DNA from: Candidatus Latescibacterota bacterium
GTDB taxonomy: Bacteria > Latescibacterota > UBA2968
DNA: 64,000 nucleotides
Assembly (NCBI GenBank): GCA_965207885.1
Contig: OZ242311.1
Span: forward strand, 544,001 to 608,000
Direction of reading: 5' to 3'
This document shows positions 1-10,059 of the stretch, piece after piece; positions within the stretch are counted from its first letter, which is position 1; each line of letters begins with the position of its first letter. Under the pieces are notes generated by a model. The model searched no databases. It saw only the letters and a list, made by a program, of their open reading frames with translations, and had not been told where the DNA came from. The translations under genes were made by a program, and so were the position numbers.

Positions 1-1
1 G

Positions 2-346
2 GATCTTTCTCCGCTGTCGGGTTTGACCGAGTTGAGGTGGCTGGATGTGAGTAATAATCTCATCTGGGATATATCGCCGCTATCGACTTTGACAGAGTTG
101 GGGGGCTTGGCTCTGAATAACAATGCGGTCTCGGATCTTTCTCCGCTGTCGGATTTGCCCAGGCTGCGAAGGGTGCATGGTTGGGATTGCGATGTTTCGG
201 ATTTATCGCCTCTGGTGGCGAATGCGGGATTGCGTGGCGAGAACAGTTTGGTCGATTTGAGGGATAATCCCCTGAGCGATGTTTCGATTAATAAGCATGT
301 TCCGGTGCTTCAGGAGAGAGGGGTCAGGGTGAGACTCAGTAACTGA
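2..346 (+). CDS. Leucine-rich repeat (internalin-like) protein, 3' part (5' end outside window)
   Basis: Open frame from base 2 (DLSPLSGLTELRWLDVSNNLIWDISPL...), repeated LxxLxLxxNxIxDLSPL units and a capping LRDNPLS motif. Confidence 0.85.
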   Translation, partial: DLSPLSGLTELRWLDVSNNLIWDISPLSTLTELGGLALNNNAVSDLSPLSDLPRLRRVHGWDCDVSDLSPLVANAGLRGENSLVDLRDNPLSDVSINKHVPVLQERGVRVRLSN

Positions 347-352
347 GGGCAC

Positions 353-1354
353 TCAGGCACTCGGGTCTTGAAAGACGAGTTCCATGCCGTCTGTGACAGT
401 GACCGTGATTTGCAATTTTCTCGGTTCTGTCAGGTGTGCGGGGTGGGGTTGTCCGTCGATCCATACGTTGGGATAGCGACACCAGGGGGCGGGTACGTCG
501 GCGCAGAGGGTGAGCGTGCGGCAGGTGACGCGGTCGCTCAGGTTGTTGAGGTGAAGGCGGTAGTGCTTTTGGGTTTGCGTGTCGGACAGTATTTCGATTT
601 GGGTGTGGCGTCTGGTCTGGTGGTAGAAGAGTACTTCTTCGGGTACGGCGCACCAGACTTTGTCTCCGCCTTCTGTGAGGATGGTTTCAAATCTTTTTCT
701 GAGTTGTGGATGCGAGCAGTCTTTGTTGGGGTGGATGGGTTTTTCCAATGGGCAATGGCAGTAGTCGATGATCCAGCCGTTTTGCGCTTGTGCATGGCGG
801 ATGTTGCGGAATGGGTCGTATTCGCTGAAGAATGGGGCGTAATACTGTTCGTGCAATGCCGTGCGGTTGATCCAGAAGAGCGGGGTGTTTGGACGGTTGA
901 GGGCGTCGGTCAGGCTCATTGCGCCGAGGTAGCCGTATTTGCGGCAGGCGTCGAGGACGTGGTCCGACATGTTGGCGTTGTTGCCGGGCGCGCAGTAGAG
1001 ATCGACGGGTGCGTCAATGGCGGCTTCGAGTACGTCTTTGGCGCGGCCAATTTCCAGGTCAACCATGTCGGGTTGTATGAGTTCATGGCTATAGGAGTGA
1101 TTGCCAATTCCCCAGCCCCGGGCGAGGAGGTCTTTGAGTTCGTCGGCGTTCATGTGGCGATAGCCATTGTAGCTGGAGTTGCCTATGTTGCGCGTTTCGC
1201 CCAGTTGCCCGACGACGACTTCTACATGTCCCGGGATGCCGTATTCTTCGTGGATGGGAATTGCGAATTGGTGCAGGTCAACAAGGGCTTCGTCATAGGT
1301 GATGGAATAGACCCAGGTTTTGTTGTATTTCCATGGGCATATTGTGAGGGCCAT
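353..1354 (-). CDS. Polysaccharide deacetylase (NodB/CE4-like) family protein
   Basis: SITYDE and GNHSYSH metal-binding motifs; start re-called to ATG 1354 (MALTICPW) behind a GGAG RBS. Confidence 0.75.
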   Translation of the reverse strand: MALTICPWKYNKTWVYSITYDEALVDLHQFAIPIHEEYGIPGHVEVVVGQLGETRNIGNSSYNGYRHMNADELKDLLARGWGIGNHSYSHELIQPDMVDLEIGRAKDVLEAAIDAPVDLYCAPGNNANMSDHVLDACRKYGYLGAMSLTDALNRPNTPLFWINRTALHEQYYAPFFSEYDPFRNIRHAQAQNGWIIDYCHCPLEKPIHPNKDCSHPQLRKRFETILTEGGDKVWCAVPEEVLFYHQTRRHTQIEILSDTQTQKHYRLHLNNLSDRVTCRTLTLCADVPAPWCRYPNVWIDGQPHPAHLTEPRKLQITVTVTDGMELVFQDPSA

Positions 1355-1368
1355 GTTTTTCTCCAGTG

Positions 1369-2127
1369 TCAGGCTGAAAACGCCTGAGCGAAATCTCGAA
1401 ATGTGGTGCTGTATCCCAGTTGCCATTCGAAGATGTGTGTGCCGTAACGGGTAGCCAATTTTTCGGGATAGGTGCTGGGGGTTTCCACGCCGACTGTTCC
1501 GTCGCGCATGAGGATGCATTGATAACCGCGGGCGAGCATGTCTCTGGCTCCGCCTTCGGCGCCGAGGATGCACATGTTGGTTGCAAATCCCGTGTAGATG
1601 AGGGTTGTGATGTCGCGCGTTTTGAGGTAAGTGTCGAGTACGTCGGTGTAAAAGACGAGGGGTTCGTCTTGTATTGGGGAGACGATGGCGGCCCGTTTCA
1701 TGTTTGCAAGTGGCGATTTTGTGAGGTAGTTCGGGCCATGTGCGCGATTTCGCATGGTTTGTGCGCGGTTTTCGGGCTCCGGTTGTGATGTTTCTTTGCG
1801 TCGGGAAGGGATGTGGGGATATTGATGCGCCATCCAATCGGTTTCGACATGGCAGACGGGCATTCCGATTTTGCGCGCGATGTCCATGGCCGGGCGTATG
1901 ACTTCGGCCATGATGCGCGCGGCTTCGGCGGTTGCCTGGGGCCAGCCCATGCCCACGCAGTAGTTGGGGTCGATTGCCGGACCATCTGGACAGCCGATGT
2001 TCCAGCAGTGCAGGCCGATGAGGGCGGTTTTTGCAACGGGTAATTCGAGGCGAACAGATTCGTAACCGGGGGCATCAATGGGCAGGGCGCGATAATACCG
2101 GGCGTTCAAGGAGTATGTGTGTGACAT
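1369..2127 (-). CDS. Isochorismatase / cysteine hydrolase family protein (divergent)
   Basis: LIYTGFATNMCI nucleophile motif and RGYQCILMRD motif. Confidence 0.75.
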   Translation of the reverse strand: MSHTYSLNARYYRALPIDAPGYESVRLELPVAKTALIGLHCWNIGCPDGPAIDPNYCVGMGWPQATAEAARIMAEVIRPAMDIARKIGMPVCHVETDWMAHQYPHIPSRRKETSQPEPENRAQTMRNRAHGPNYLTKSPLANMKRAAIVSPIQDEPLVFYTDVLDTYLKTRDITTLIYTGFATNMCILGAEGGARDMLARGYQCILMRDGTVGVETPSTYPEKLATRYGTHIFEWQLGYSTTFRDFAQAFSA

Positions 2128-2133
2128 GGGGTG

Positions 2134-3378
2134 TTAGACTCGATTCTGGTCGGCGACGGCGGCGACTATTTGGGCGACGAGGTCGCAGTGTTCGGGCTGG
2201 TATTTTTCGCAGAATGTGGTCCAGCGGATGAAATTGTCGAGAAAGTCCCGGGCATTGGGACAGGTGTTTGCGTTGTATGTGTAGGTGTGGGATGCCGGGG
2301 GTTTGGAGAAGGGATGGAGGTGTTTTTCGGCTTTGTCCGTTAAAAAGGGCAGTGCGGCGGGCATGAGATAGTATTTGCCGAGTCCCGCTCCGGTGAGTCC
2401 TGCTTCGGCGACTTGCTGGGCAAAGGATTCGGCGTCGCATGTAAAGGCATTGGGATCGATGTTGAATCCGGCCATCCAGCAGGAATAGGTTTCCATGTAA
2501 TCTGGTATGGATAGCGGGATTATACCGGGAATTTCGGCGAGTTTGTCGGTGATGAGGCGAATCATGCGGTCGATATGTGCAACGGCCGGCCGGATGATTT
2601 CGAGTTGTGCAAGGGTGATGGCAGCGGTCGATTGGGTTATGCGGATCGCGTATCCATTTACGGCGTGTACGCGCCCCAGTCCCTCAACCATTTGCCCGCC
2701 TCTGCTTTGACCGACGAACCGAATTTGTTCGGCGAGTTTATCGTCATTTGTAATTACACAGCCGCCGACGTCGGAGCCGAGTGTTTTTTCGGAGTCGAAT
2801 GAGAAGGCGGCGACATCGCCCAGGGTGCCTGCAAGGCGGCCTTTGTACGTGCCAAATACGGCCTGGCATACGTCTTCAATGACGGTCAGGCCGTGTTTTT
2901 TTGCCAGGGCGTGGATGGGGTCCATGTCGCATATGAGGCCGGTTATGTGGACGGCGAGAATGGCCCGCGTGCGGTTGGTAATACAGGGTGCGATGGTGCG
3001 GGCGCTGATGAGCGGTGTGCCGGGTTCGGTGTCGGGAAAGACCGGGATGTAGTTTTCTTTTAGCAGGCCCATGACCGTGCCGTAGTCGGTGATGGGCGAT
3101 ACGATGATTTCATCGCCGGGTTCGAGATTGAGTGCGGCTGCAAGTATGTTGAGGGCTGCGGTGCATCCAGGTGTGCCGATGCAGTGTTTGATGCCCATTT
3201 CGCTTTCGAAAGCGGCTTCAAATCTCCGAATCATGTCGCATTGCAGACCCGAGGAGACGACTTCCTGGAGGTATGTCAGGCAGTTTGGACCCATGGTGCG
3301 CGGAAAGGGTTGGGGCAAGCTGCCCGTGATTCCTTCAAATGCTTCGGCACCGTATTTTGCGCGTTCTTGTATAGACAT
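2134..3378 (-). CDS. DegT/DnrJ/EryC1/StrS family PLP-dependent aminotransferase
   Basis: GCTAAL, PGDEII, VIEDVCQA and FSFDSEKTL (PLP Lys) motifs; start re-called to ATG 3378 behind AGGTGG. Confidence 0.9.
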   Translation of the reverse strand: MSIQERAKYGAEAFEGITGSLPQPFPRTMGPNCLTYLQEVVSSGLQCDMIRRFEAAFESEMGIKHCIGTPGCTAALNILAAALNLEPGDEIIVSPITDYGTVMGLLKENYIPVFPDTEPGTPLISARTIAPCITNRTRAILAVHITGLICDMDPIHALAKKHGLTVIEDVCQAVFGTYKGRLAGTLGDVAAFSFDSEKTLGSDVGGCVITNDDKLAEQIRFVGQSRGGQMVEGLGRVHAVNGYAIRITQSTAAITLAQLEIIRPAVAHIDRMIRLITDKLAEIPGIIPLSIPDYMETYSCWMAGFNIDPNAFTCDAESFAQQVAEAGLTGAGLGKYYLMPAALPFLTDKAEKHLHPFSKPPASHTYTYNANTCPNARDFLDNFIRWTTFCEKYQPEHCDLVAQIVAAVADQNRV

Positions 3379-3379
3379 G

Positions 3380-5365
3380 TTACCACCTGTGTACGTAATG
3401 CCCTTGCCCGGAAAACCACAGGGCATCGACCGCGAACGACAGCGCGACCCCCAGGCCATAGCCGGTGAGCAAACCGATGAAGAAAGGCTGAAAACGGCGG
3501 TAAGCAGAAACACCGCCGAAGTGCAGTACAAACAATTTGAAAGCCCAAATAATAAAAATTGAGACCTGATTGCTGCGGGCGACATTGGTGCTGCAAACCG
3601 TCAGGCCAATGGGATGCAAAGGCCACCAGGAGAAGCGATATTGCAAGAATGTGAGCAGTCCCATCAGCGCTGCGCCGCCGCCAAAAAATCCCATTCTTTG
3701 CCAGTCGGGACCAAAGGGATTGACAATTTTGCTGAGGATGACCGGATAGATTCGGTTGGTTCCCGATTTGAGGGGAATATCGTTGAAATTGAAGGCCCCT
3801 CTTTCATAACTCAGGGGAATTACATAGAAAATAAATGTTAGACAGCCGACGAGCAATCCCAAAAAGACTGCGCTGAGGAGTTTGCGATGGTCGGTTTTTA
3901 TCCATTCAGACAATTTGGCAATGTGGATCAGCGCGGGCATAAACAGGCCGCGAATGTAGTTGGTGAGCGCGTAGGAGAGGGCGATTGATGTCATTGTGGG
4001 CGTTGAAAGGGCGTGTGCGCCCAGAGAGTAAATGGTGAAAATCTGTGCGCTGATCGGGGCCTGCACAAAGAGGATGCCGGTTTGAGCGACGACACGCGCT
4101 ACGCCTATGTAAATGACAAAGGTAGCTGCAGTGTAAAAGGCGATCGCTGAAAAGGCCATGCCGGATTGGTATAACCAGATAATAATAAAAAACGTTCCGA
4201 AAAACAGGCCCAAAATAGCGTTCCGATAAGACATGAGTTCCCCGCTGTCGTCGATGGGGTATTGCGGATTTACGGCTTTGAGGAAGACGGCTTTGAGGTG
4301 GTGGCGAGAGATGTACAATCCCCAAAAAACGAAAAAACACAGCGCGCCAAAACACAACCAGCCCGCGCCGGAAAAGTGAAGCGCGCCATAGGGGTCGCCG
4401 CGGCCGGGCATATCAAATCCGATGCGATTTAAGAGGCCACCTGGAATTTGGTAAAATAGGAGATGGAAGAACCACATGCTGAATAGCACATCGAGGTTGG
4501 CAAAATAGGCAAAGCCCATGATATAGATATTGAATCGGGGGAAGATGGGAGGATAGCCTTTGGCAAAATAGAAAAAGGGAAGTGTCAGCTTAATATCGGG
4601 TACAAGAGGAAAGAAGAAATGGAGGATATTATAGGAGAGGATGCCGGATGACAGTGCGAATCCCGCCCAGTACAGACCCCTGTATTGAAGGGATTTATCG
4701 CGTGTGGATTCTGAGGAAACGATATGCAGTGCCGGACTCAATAGGGGAAATGTCAGGCGTTCATTTTCAGACCACTGGCGGCGCAAGATAACTGCAATAC
4801 AGGCCGAGACAAAGACAATGGCAACGATGAATACAAGCCACCAGAAAAGAGGGGCAACCCATATAGACCAGGGGATTGGCGTGCCGGGCAGCGTGCCTTC
4901 GTAAAAATCGCGCATTGCACCGCCGGTATTGGGCGGTACCAAATAGGTGGGAAGGTGGGCGTGGAAGAACTCAGCCCAGCGGTTTTCTGGCGTGGCAAAA
5001 TAATAGGGTGTGGCAATGGTTCCCAGGAGAAAACCGAGCACGCCTGAGCCGGGCACTACGCCGCCTGCAAGCCCCATTGCGATAATGACCAGTTGTTCAG
5101 AGGGGGCTAAAGAGAAGGCGGGGTTCAGGGTTGACAGCAGGGGGTTGAGCAGGTAGCGGATGAGGAGAAAGAGGATGAATACAGCGACTGGAAAATGGCT
5201 GAGGTTCATGCGCGAAGCCCGCACGATATATTCTGAATAGGGTATCCAGAGGTTGATCAGAACAACGAGCGCGAGCCCCAGTACAACGGCGCGAAGACTC
5301 ACGCCACTTGTCAGGTACTCGGACAGGGATTCTGACCTGTTTTGTGGGGCTGGCGTTTTTGCCAT
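3380..5365 (-). CDS. Polytopic inner-membrane protein, DUF6785/DUF6784-like (putative transporter)
   Basis: 661 aa with many TM segments; RRQWSENERLTFPL, WWPLHPIG and PFFIGL motifs typical of this family. Confidence 0.7.
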   Translation of the reverse strand: MAKTPAPQNRSESLSEYLTSGVSLRAVVLGLALVVLINLWIPYSEYIVRASRMNLSHFPVAVFILFLLIRYLLNPLLSTLNPAFSLAPSEQLVIIAMGLAGGVVPGSGVLGFLLGTIATPYYFATPENRWAEFFHAHLPTYLVPPNTGGAMRDFYEGTLPGTPIPWSIWVAPLFWWLVFIVAIVFVSACIAVILRRQWSENERLTFPLLSPALHIVSSESTRDKSLQYRGLYWAGFALSSGILSYNILHFFFPLVPDIKLTLPFFYFAKGYPPIFPRFNIYIMGFAYFANLDVLFSMWFFHLLFYQIPGGLLNRIGFDMPGRGDPYGALHFSGAGWLCFGALCFFVFWGLYISRHHLKAVFLKAVNPQYPIDDSGELMSYRNAILGLFFGTFFIIIWLYQSGMAFSAIAFYTAATFVIYIGVARVVAQTGILFVQAPISAQIFTIYSLGAHALSTPTMTSIALSYALTNYIRGLFMPALIHIAKLSEWIKTDHRKLLSAVFLGLLVGCLTFIFYVIPLSYERGAFNFNDIPLKSGTNRIYPVILSKIVNPFGPDWQRMGFFGGGAALMGLLTFLQYRFSWWPLHPIGLTVCSTNVARSNQVSIFIIWAFKLFVLHFGGVSAYRRFQPFFIGLLTGYGLGVALSFAVDALWFSGQGHYVHRW

Positions 5366-5388
5366 AGGTCCTGGTAGCTTCTCGCAGC

Positions 5389-6759
5389 TTATGGCGGAGA
5401 AAATGCCTCAGCTGGCAGCGATGTCGGGTCGGTCTGATCGCCGATAGCTTGTTGATCTCGCCAGTTGGGATTGTAGCGTTCTCCTGGCATGGTGGCGTGG
5501 ATCATTTCATAAACACCGTCTCCAAGGCGATCCAGAAATACAAACTCGTAGTAGTTGAGATGTTCGTAGGTCCAGATTTCAAAGGCTTTGCCCGTGGCAC
5601 TGAATGGGTTGCGCTCGATGTCTGTCGGCAAGCCGTATTTGATGTGGATGCGCCCTTGATCGGTATCCGATCCCTTTTGTCCGGGACGCGCAGAGAAGTG
5701 TTCGTCTGCATAGCGAATGCGCCTGAAATGTTCCGTGGCAAATTCGTTTTCAGGTGTTAGAGGCGTTGGGTCGCGTTTTTTCCAGAAGGTGAGGATAAAT
5801 TCTACTTTTTCTGCGGCGCTTAAAGAGGCATAAGTTTCGCGTTCGGTTTTTGTGGCGATATAGCGGATTTGTGTGTAATAGCGTTTTAAGGAGGCGGGGT
5901 CTGTTGCCAGTGCGGGTTTTTGTACAGAAAAAGCCCGCTGGCGCGTGGTCATTTTGCCCGTGCCGTTATCGCGGGCAGTGATTTCCAGTATATACTGCCC
6001 TGGCATTATGCCCTCAATGTCAAGAGATTCAGTTTTAATAGCGGTTGCGCCGGGTTTGCGATAGCGCGCCGAGGGAAAGTTTTTGATCCGCTGTCCCGCG
6101 GTATCCAGGAGGGCATAGGCGAGGTCGAAAGTTGCAGCGCGTCCCTCGCCTGTGGCAAGGCCATAGAGTTCAAAGTAGATGTTTAAGGTCGTTGCGATTG
6201 ACCTGCGCGCGTTGGGAACGATTTTGAACCCGTTCTTGACCAGATTTCTGGTGGTCTGTGTGTTTGCAGCGTCAATACGATGGGCAAACTGGATGTCGCT
6301 TATGGTCGGGGCGGCGTTGTCAAATTCGGGCATTGTAAAGGCGAGTTCACAGGTGCCTTCGGCATTGGCCTGCAAATCTTTCAGGCGAATGTGAACTCTA
6401 TAAGTGCCGGGCGCAATTCTGAAGCTCAATGCCTCTGTAATCATTTGATCGCGCAGGTCTGTTCCCGAGTCTGTGACGATCTGTTTTTCCCATTTGAAGG
6501 GCATGCTATCGCGTTTGAAAAAAAAGGTGGCTTCTACGCGATAGGCAGCCCGCTGGTGGTCGTTCAATTCACTGAAGGTGAGGTGCTGACACGGGCACTG
6601 GAGATACAGTTCGCCGTAGTTCAGGCTGTCTGGCGTATCAAAACCCGCTCTGTCGATCCAAAATGGAATGGCGCCTCGCGCCCTGACGGGAATATCTTCT
6701 CCCGAAATTGGCGCGAGGAGAGCCTGTGCGAGACACAGCGACAAAAGGATATATTTCAT
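5389..6759 (-). CDS. GWxTD domain-containing protein
   Basis: Signal peptide; FWKKRDPTP..NEF..EHFRRI.YAD..F and GSDTDQGRIHIKYGLP (GWxTDRG variant), EIWTY. Confidence 0.85.
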   Translation of the reverse strand: MKYILLSLCLAQALLAPISGEDIPVRARGAIPFWIDRAGFDTPDSLNYGELYLQCPCQHLTFSELNDHQRAAYRVEATFFFKRDSMPFKWEKQIVTDSGTDLRDQMITEALSFRIAPGTYRVHIRLKDLQANAEGTCELAFTMPEFDNAAPTISDIQFAHRIDAANTQTTRNLVKNGFKIVPNARRSIATTLNIYFELYGLATGEGRAATFDLAYALLDTAGQRIKNFPSARYRKPGATAIKTESLDIEGIMPGQYILEITARDNGTGKMTTRQRAFSVQKPALATDPASLKRYYTQIRYIATKTERETYASLSAAEKVEFILTFWKKRDPTPLTPENEFATEHFRRIRYADEHFSARPGQKGSDTDQGRIHIKYGLPTDIERNPFSATGKAFEIWTYEHLNYYEFVFLDRLGDGVYEMIHATMPGERYNPNWRDQQAIGDQTDPTSLPAEAFSPP

Positions 6760-6767
6760 ATCGCAAC

Positions 6768-7709
6768 TCAGAAGGAACCGCCGATATTTATCCGATAGGT
6801 GGGATCCAATAACTCGCCCATGTCGCTATACGCCATGTCCAGGGTGAAGGGGCGCTCATTGACCGAGTATTTGAGGCCAAAACCGAGTGCAAAACTCTCG
6901 GTATCGTTATTGAATTTCCAGCCACCGCGCAGTGCGAGAATATTGTGCAACCAGAGTTCGGCACCCGCGTGAATGCGGCCTTCAAAATCGACAAAGAAGG
7001 CATTTTCCGCAGCTACGGTAAGCGAAACTGGATCGCCCAGATTGCCATAGAGTTCCATTGAAGCCGCGATGCTGTAGATGAGGGGGCGGAAGGCCGTATC
7101 GTCGATGATGACGATATCCTGTCCGAAATTCTTCAGCGTCATGGCCAAACGCAAAGACCGGAACCCGGTGTAAAAGAGCGTGCCTATGGAGATATCCAGA
7201 CCGCTGTTGACATCGGTATAGAGCGTCTCTTGAATATACCGGCCCTGGGCACCAAATGACAATCGGTCGGTGAATTTGATGGCATAAGTCAGGCCAATGG
7301 CAAAGTCGCTGTCTTTAATGATATTGCCCGTGCCATTGGGCTGGAAAATGGTGGTTTCTTCAAATTCGTCGGGTGTGAAAGACAAGACCGTGATGCCTAT
7401 GGTCTGCGTGCCCAGGTTATAGGCAAAAGCCCCCGAATAAAATTTGGAATTGACCATCCACTTGTTGTATCCCAGGCTAAAAGCGGCGCGATCGATTTGC
7501 GTGATGCCCGCTGGATTCCAGAACATGGCATCGATACCCGTGCCCACTGCGGTGTACGCATCGCCCATGGCAACTGCGCGCGCGCTTTGGGAGACTTTGA
7601 GGAAGGTGAATCCGGCATTGCCGAGTTTTTTGAGCCCGGCCTCTGCGCCTGTTGCCGATAGGGCAAAGGCAGTGAAGACCAGGACGAGTGTTGTTTGTAA
7701 GCGTTTCAC
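6768..7709 (-). CDS. PorV/PorQ-like (UPF0164) outer-membrane beta-barrel
   Basis: Signal peptide; FLKVSQSARAVAMGDAYTA...AMFWNPAG motif; C-terminal Phe. Confidence 0.85.
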   Translation of the reverse strand: MKRLQTTLVLVFTAFALSATGAEAGLKKLGNAGFTFLKVSQSARAVAMGDAYTAVGTGIDAMFWNPAGITQIDRAAFSLGYNKWMVNSKFYSGAFAYNLGTQTIGITVLSFTPDEFEETTIFQPNGTGNIIKDSDFAIGLTYAIKFTDRLSFGAQGRYIQETLYTDVNSGLDISIGTLFYTGFRSLRLAMTLKNFGQDIVIIDDTAFRPLIYSIAASMELYGNLGDPVSLTVAAENAFFVDFEGRIHAGAELWLHNILALRGGWKFNNDTESFALGFGLKYSVNERPFTLDMAYSDMGELLDPTYRINIGGSF

Positions 7710-7725
7710 GTGTTCCTCCTTTGCA

Positions 7726-10035
7726 CTATTTGATGATCATAAACATCCCGGTCTGCTTTTTGCCCGTTTCGCCAGCAACCAGAGATTCTACCACGTAGTA
7801 GTAGCGTCCGGCGGCGACGCGCCCGGAAAATGTGCGCGTGCGCTGGTCCCAGGTGGCTTCGCCCCTGTCGGGGTCGGTAGTGCGCTGTGGGTGGTTGATG
7901 ACGGCGACCAAATCTCCGGAGATTGAAAAGATGGAGATTTTTGCTTTTCGGGGTATGTTGACAAAACGAATATTGTTGCTGGCAGGTGGATACCTGTGGT
8001 CGGCATCTCCCGGGTCGTCCCGAAAGGGATTGGGAACTACGCGCACCTGTTCGGATAGCGCGTCTTTTTCAGGGGTTGCAATCACGATGGGGCTTCTGGA
8101 GACATTCATGCGCTGTTCGGGTGCGCTGTGTCCGGATTCCAAAGATGGAATGGCCCGGCCTGTGCCGTTCCAGTCGCTGTGTCCGGAATCGTAGGTGCGC
8201 ACCGAATACCAGTACCTGAAACCGGGTACGGATTCTACGTCTCGATAGGTGTAGGTTCCCCCATCGGCGTAGGAGATCGTGGGCGATGTCCAGGGCGTGC
8301 CGGGTGCGTATTCCGTGTTGGATGGGGTAGTTCCTTTGGGGATATCAGCCACGAGTTCCCAGGGTCCCAGGTGGTTGTTTTGGGTGCGATAGACCCGATA
8401 GCCCTGCACATCCAGGGCTTCATCGCCCGTATAATCCGGGTCAGGGGACTTTTCAGCCCGGTCAGACCATGTGATGGCGTTGTTCCCGTTTTCGTCGCTA
8501 TCTACAAATACGGCAACATCGGGAGGCGCGTCTGGCAGGTCGTAATTGTTGTCGTAGGCAAATTGCGCGCGTTCCAAATGGAGGGCCATTGCCCGTTCGC
8601 CGTCGGCGACCTGGCTCTGGTTGCCCTGGCGCGCCCATTCGTAAACATCCATGGGACTGCCGCCGGGACCGGCAAATTCGGCACCCGATCCGGCGACCCA
8701 GGCGACCACGACTTTGGCTTTTTCACCGGGGGCGAGATCATAAGGTCCGTAGGTGTGTGCGAAGGTTACGCGGCTGACTTTGGAGGGATTGTCCTGGACA
8801 GCTGGAACTCTACCTGAACCAATGAATTCATTGTAGAGATTTTCGTCGCTATTCAGGTTGGTAATATCTGGGGTGTCCCAATCGAAGCGCCCGTAGATCT
8901 CCCACCAGTTGGCGAAGGCGGGCTGGTCCATTGTTTTGGGGGCCACGTAGGTCTCGTTGTCGTTGGTGAACCCGTCGGTGGGATCGTAATCGAGGGGTGC
9001 CAGGCCGATGTACTGGAAAGCCATGAGTTCGCCGTGGTTGAGCTGGCCCCGGTTGATATAGGCTGACTTGGCGTTGTTTTTATCGAAAGGCTGACCCGTG
9101 TCGTCTCCGGCCGAAGAGAGCAGATCACTGTCATAGACATAAGAGATTTTCTTGCCACGGAGATCGGCCAGGCCATCGAAGTTGGACGCTCCGCTGTATT
9201 TGTACCAGTCGTCCAGGATGATCGGGTCGGAATACGCCCACGGTACGGTTTGGTTCTGCCAGCGGTGCCCGGCCCACGATGGGGCGAGGTTGTTCACAAA
9301 GGCGAAATAGACATCCTCGTGATCAACGGGTAGCCCCGCATCGGGTGTGCCGTCTCCGTTGTTATCTCCGGTGTTTTCGATGATGACTTCGAGAATAATA
9401 AAGTCGTCGTAGTCCGGATAACTCCACGCTCTGGCTTTGCGGGTAATGGTGAGGCCGCGTTCTGTCGTCCATTTAGAGATGACGATTTCTTCGGCCTCAT
9501 TGTCGTTGGGAATATAACGTCCGTAATCGTAGTTGTGGATTTCGATGGGTTCGTCGGCCACCAGTGCAGGTGCTCCGGGCCAGTAATTGGCCGTGGTATT
9601 GCCCGTGAGGGGCGATCGGGTTTCAATGCCCAGACCGCGTTCTGGACCCGAAGCCGCATCGTAGATCATTTCAAAGATGTCGTCGGTATTGTAGCGCGGG
9701 TTAGAGATCGATACATTGTGTGATCCCCCTTCTCTGGTAAAAACCCAAAAACCCTCGCCCTGGCTGGTGTGATAGCGGTGGTCGTTGTCCTGTCCAATGA
9801 TCCAGTATTCGGTAAAATCGCGCTCGCCAATGCCCCAGCCGGGATACATTAAGCCGGCATCTGCACCCAGGCGGCTGTCGTCGCGCAGGCCCTGTGTACC
9901 GGTATTGCGAAAGGTAGCCCAGAGCTTGCCCCGGGTCAGGTGGCGTTGAAGTTCGGGTTGCTGGGCACAGATTTCGGATGCAAATACCAGCACACACAGA
10001 ACGCCCATCCATCCGATGTGTTTTAATGGATACAT
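7726..10035 (-). CDS. Secreted protein with Fn3-like region and T9SS-type C-terminal sorting domain
   Basis: Signal peptide; C-terminal VRVVPNPF..IRFVNIP..KISIFSISGDLV..ATWD..GRYYYVV..GMFMIIK; QGYRVYR and YWYSVRTYD Fn3-like strands. Confidence 0.7.
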   Translation of the reverse strand: MYPLKHIGWMGVLCVLVFASEICAQQPELQRHLTRGKLWATFRNTGTQGLRDDSRLGADAGLMYPGWGIGERDFTEYWIIGQDNDHRYHTSQGEGFWVFTREGGSHNVSISNPRYNTDDIFEMIYDAASGPERGLGIETRSPLTGNTTANYWPGAPALVADEPIEIHNYDYGRYIPNDNEAEEIVISKWTTERGLTITRKARAWSYPDYDDFIILEVIIENTGDNNGDGTPDAGLPVDHEDVYFAFVNNLAPSWAGHRWQNQTVPWAYSDPIILDDWYKYSGASNFDGLADLRGKKISYVYDSDLLSSAGDDTGQPFDKNNAKSAYINRGQLNHGELMAFQYIGLAPLDYDPTDGFTNDNETYVAPKTMDQPAFANWWEIYGRFDWDTPDITNLNSDENLYNEFIGSGRVPAVQDNPSKVSRVTFAHTYGPYDLAPGEKAKVVVAWVAGSGAEFAGPGGSPMDVYEWARQGNQSQVADGERAMALHLERAQFAYDNNYDLPDAPPDVAVFVDSDENGNNAITWSDRAEKSPDPDYTGDEALDVQGYRVYRTQNNHLGPWELVADIPKGTTPSNTEYAPGTPWTSPTISYADGGTYTYRDVESVPGFRYWYSVRTYDSGHSDWNGTGRAIPSLESGHSAPEQRMNVSRSPIVIATPEKDALSEQVRVVPNPFRDDPGDADHRYPPASNNIRFVNIPRKAKISIFSISGDLVAVINHPQRTTDPDRGEATWDQRTRTFSGRVAAGRYYYVVESLVAGETGKKQTGMFMIIK

Positions 10036-10059
10036 GTTATTGCTCCTCAGATAATGAAA

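Noticed and set aside
1355-1837. N-terminal extensions in the ORF track (also 3585, 15966, 38535, 40758, 45539, 46231, 54290, 63185 starts)
   Set aside because: They overlap upstream genes or repeats; downstream starts with an RBS fit family N-termini
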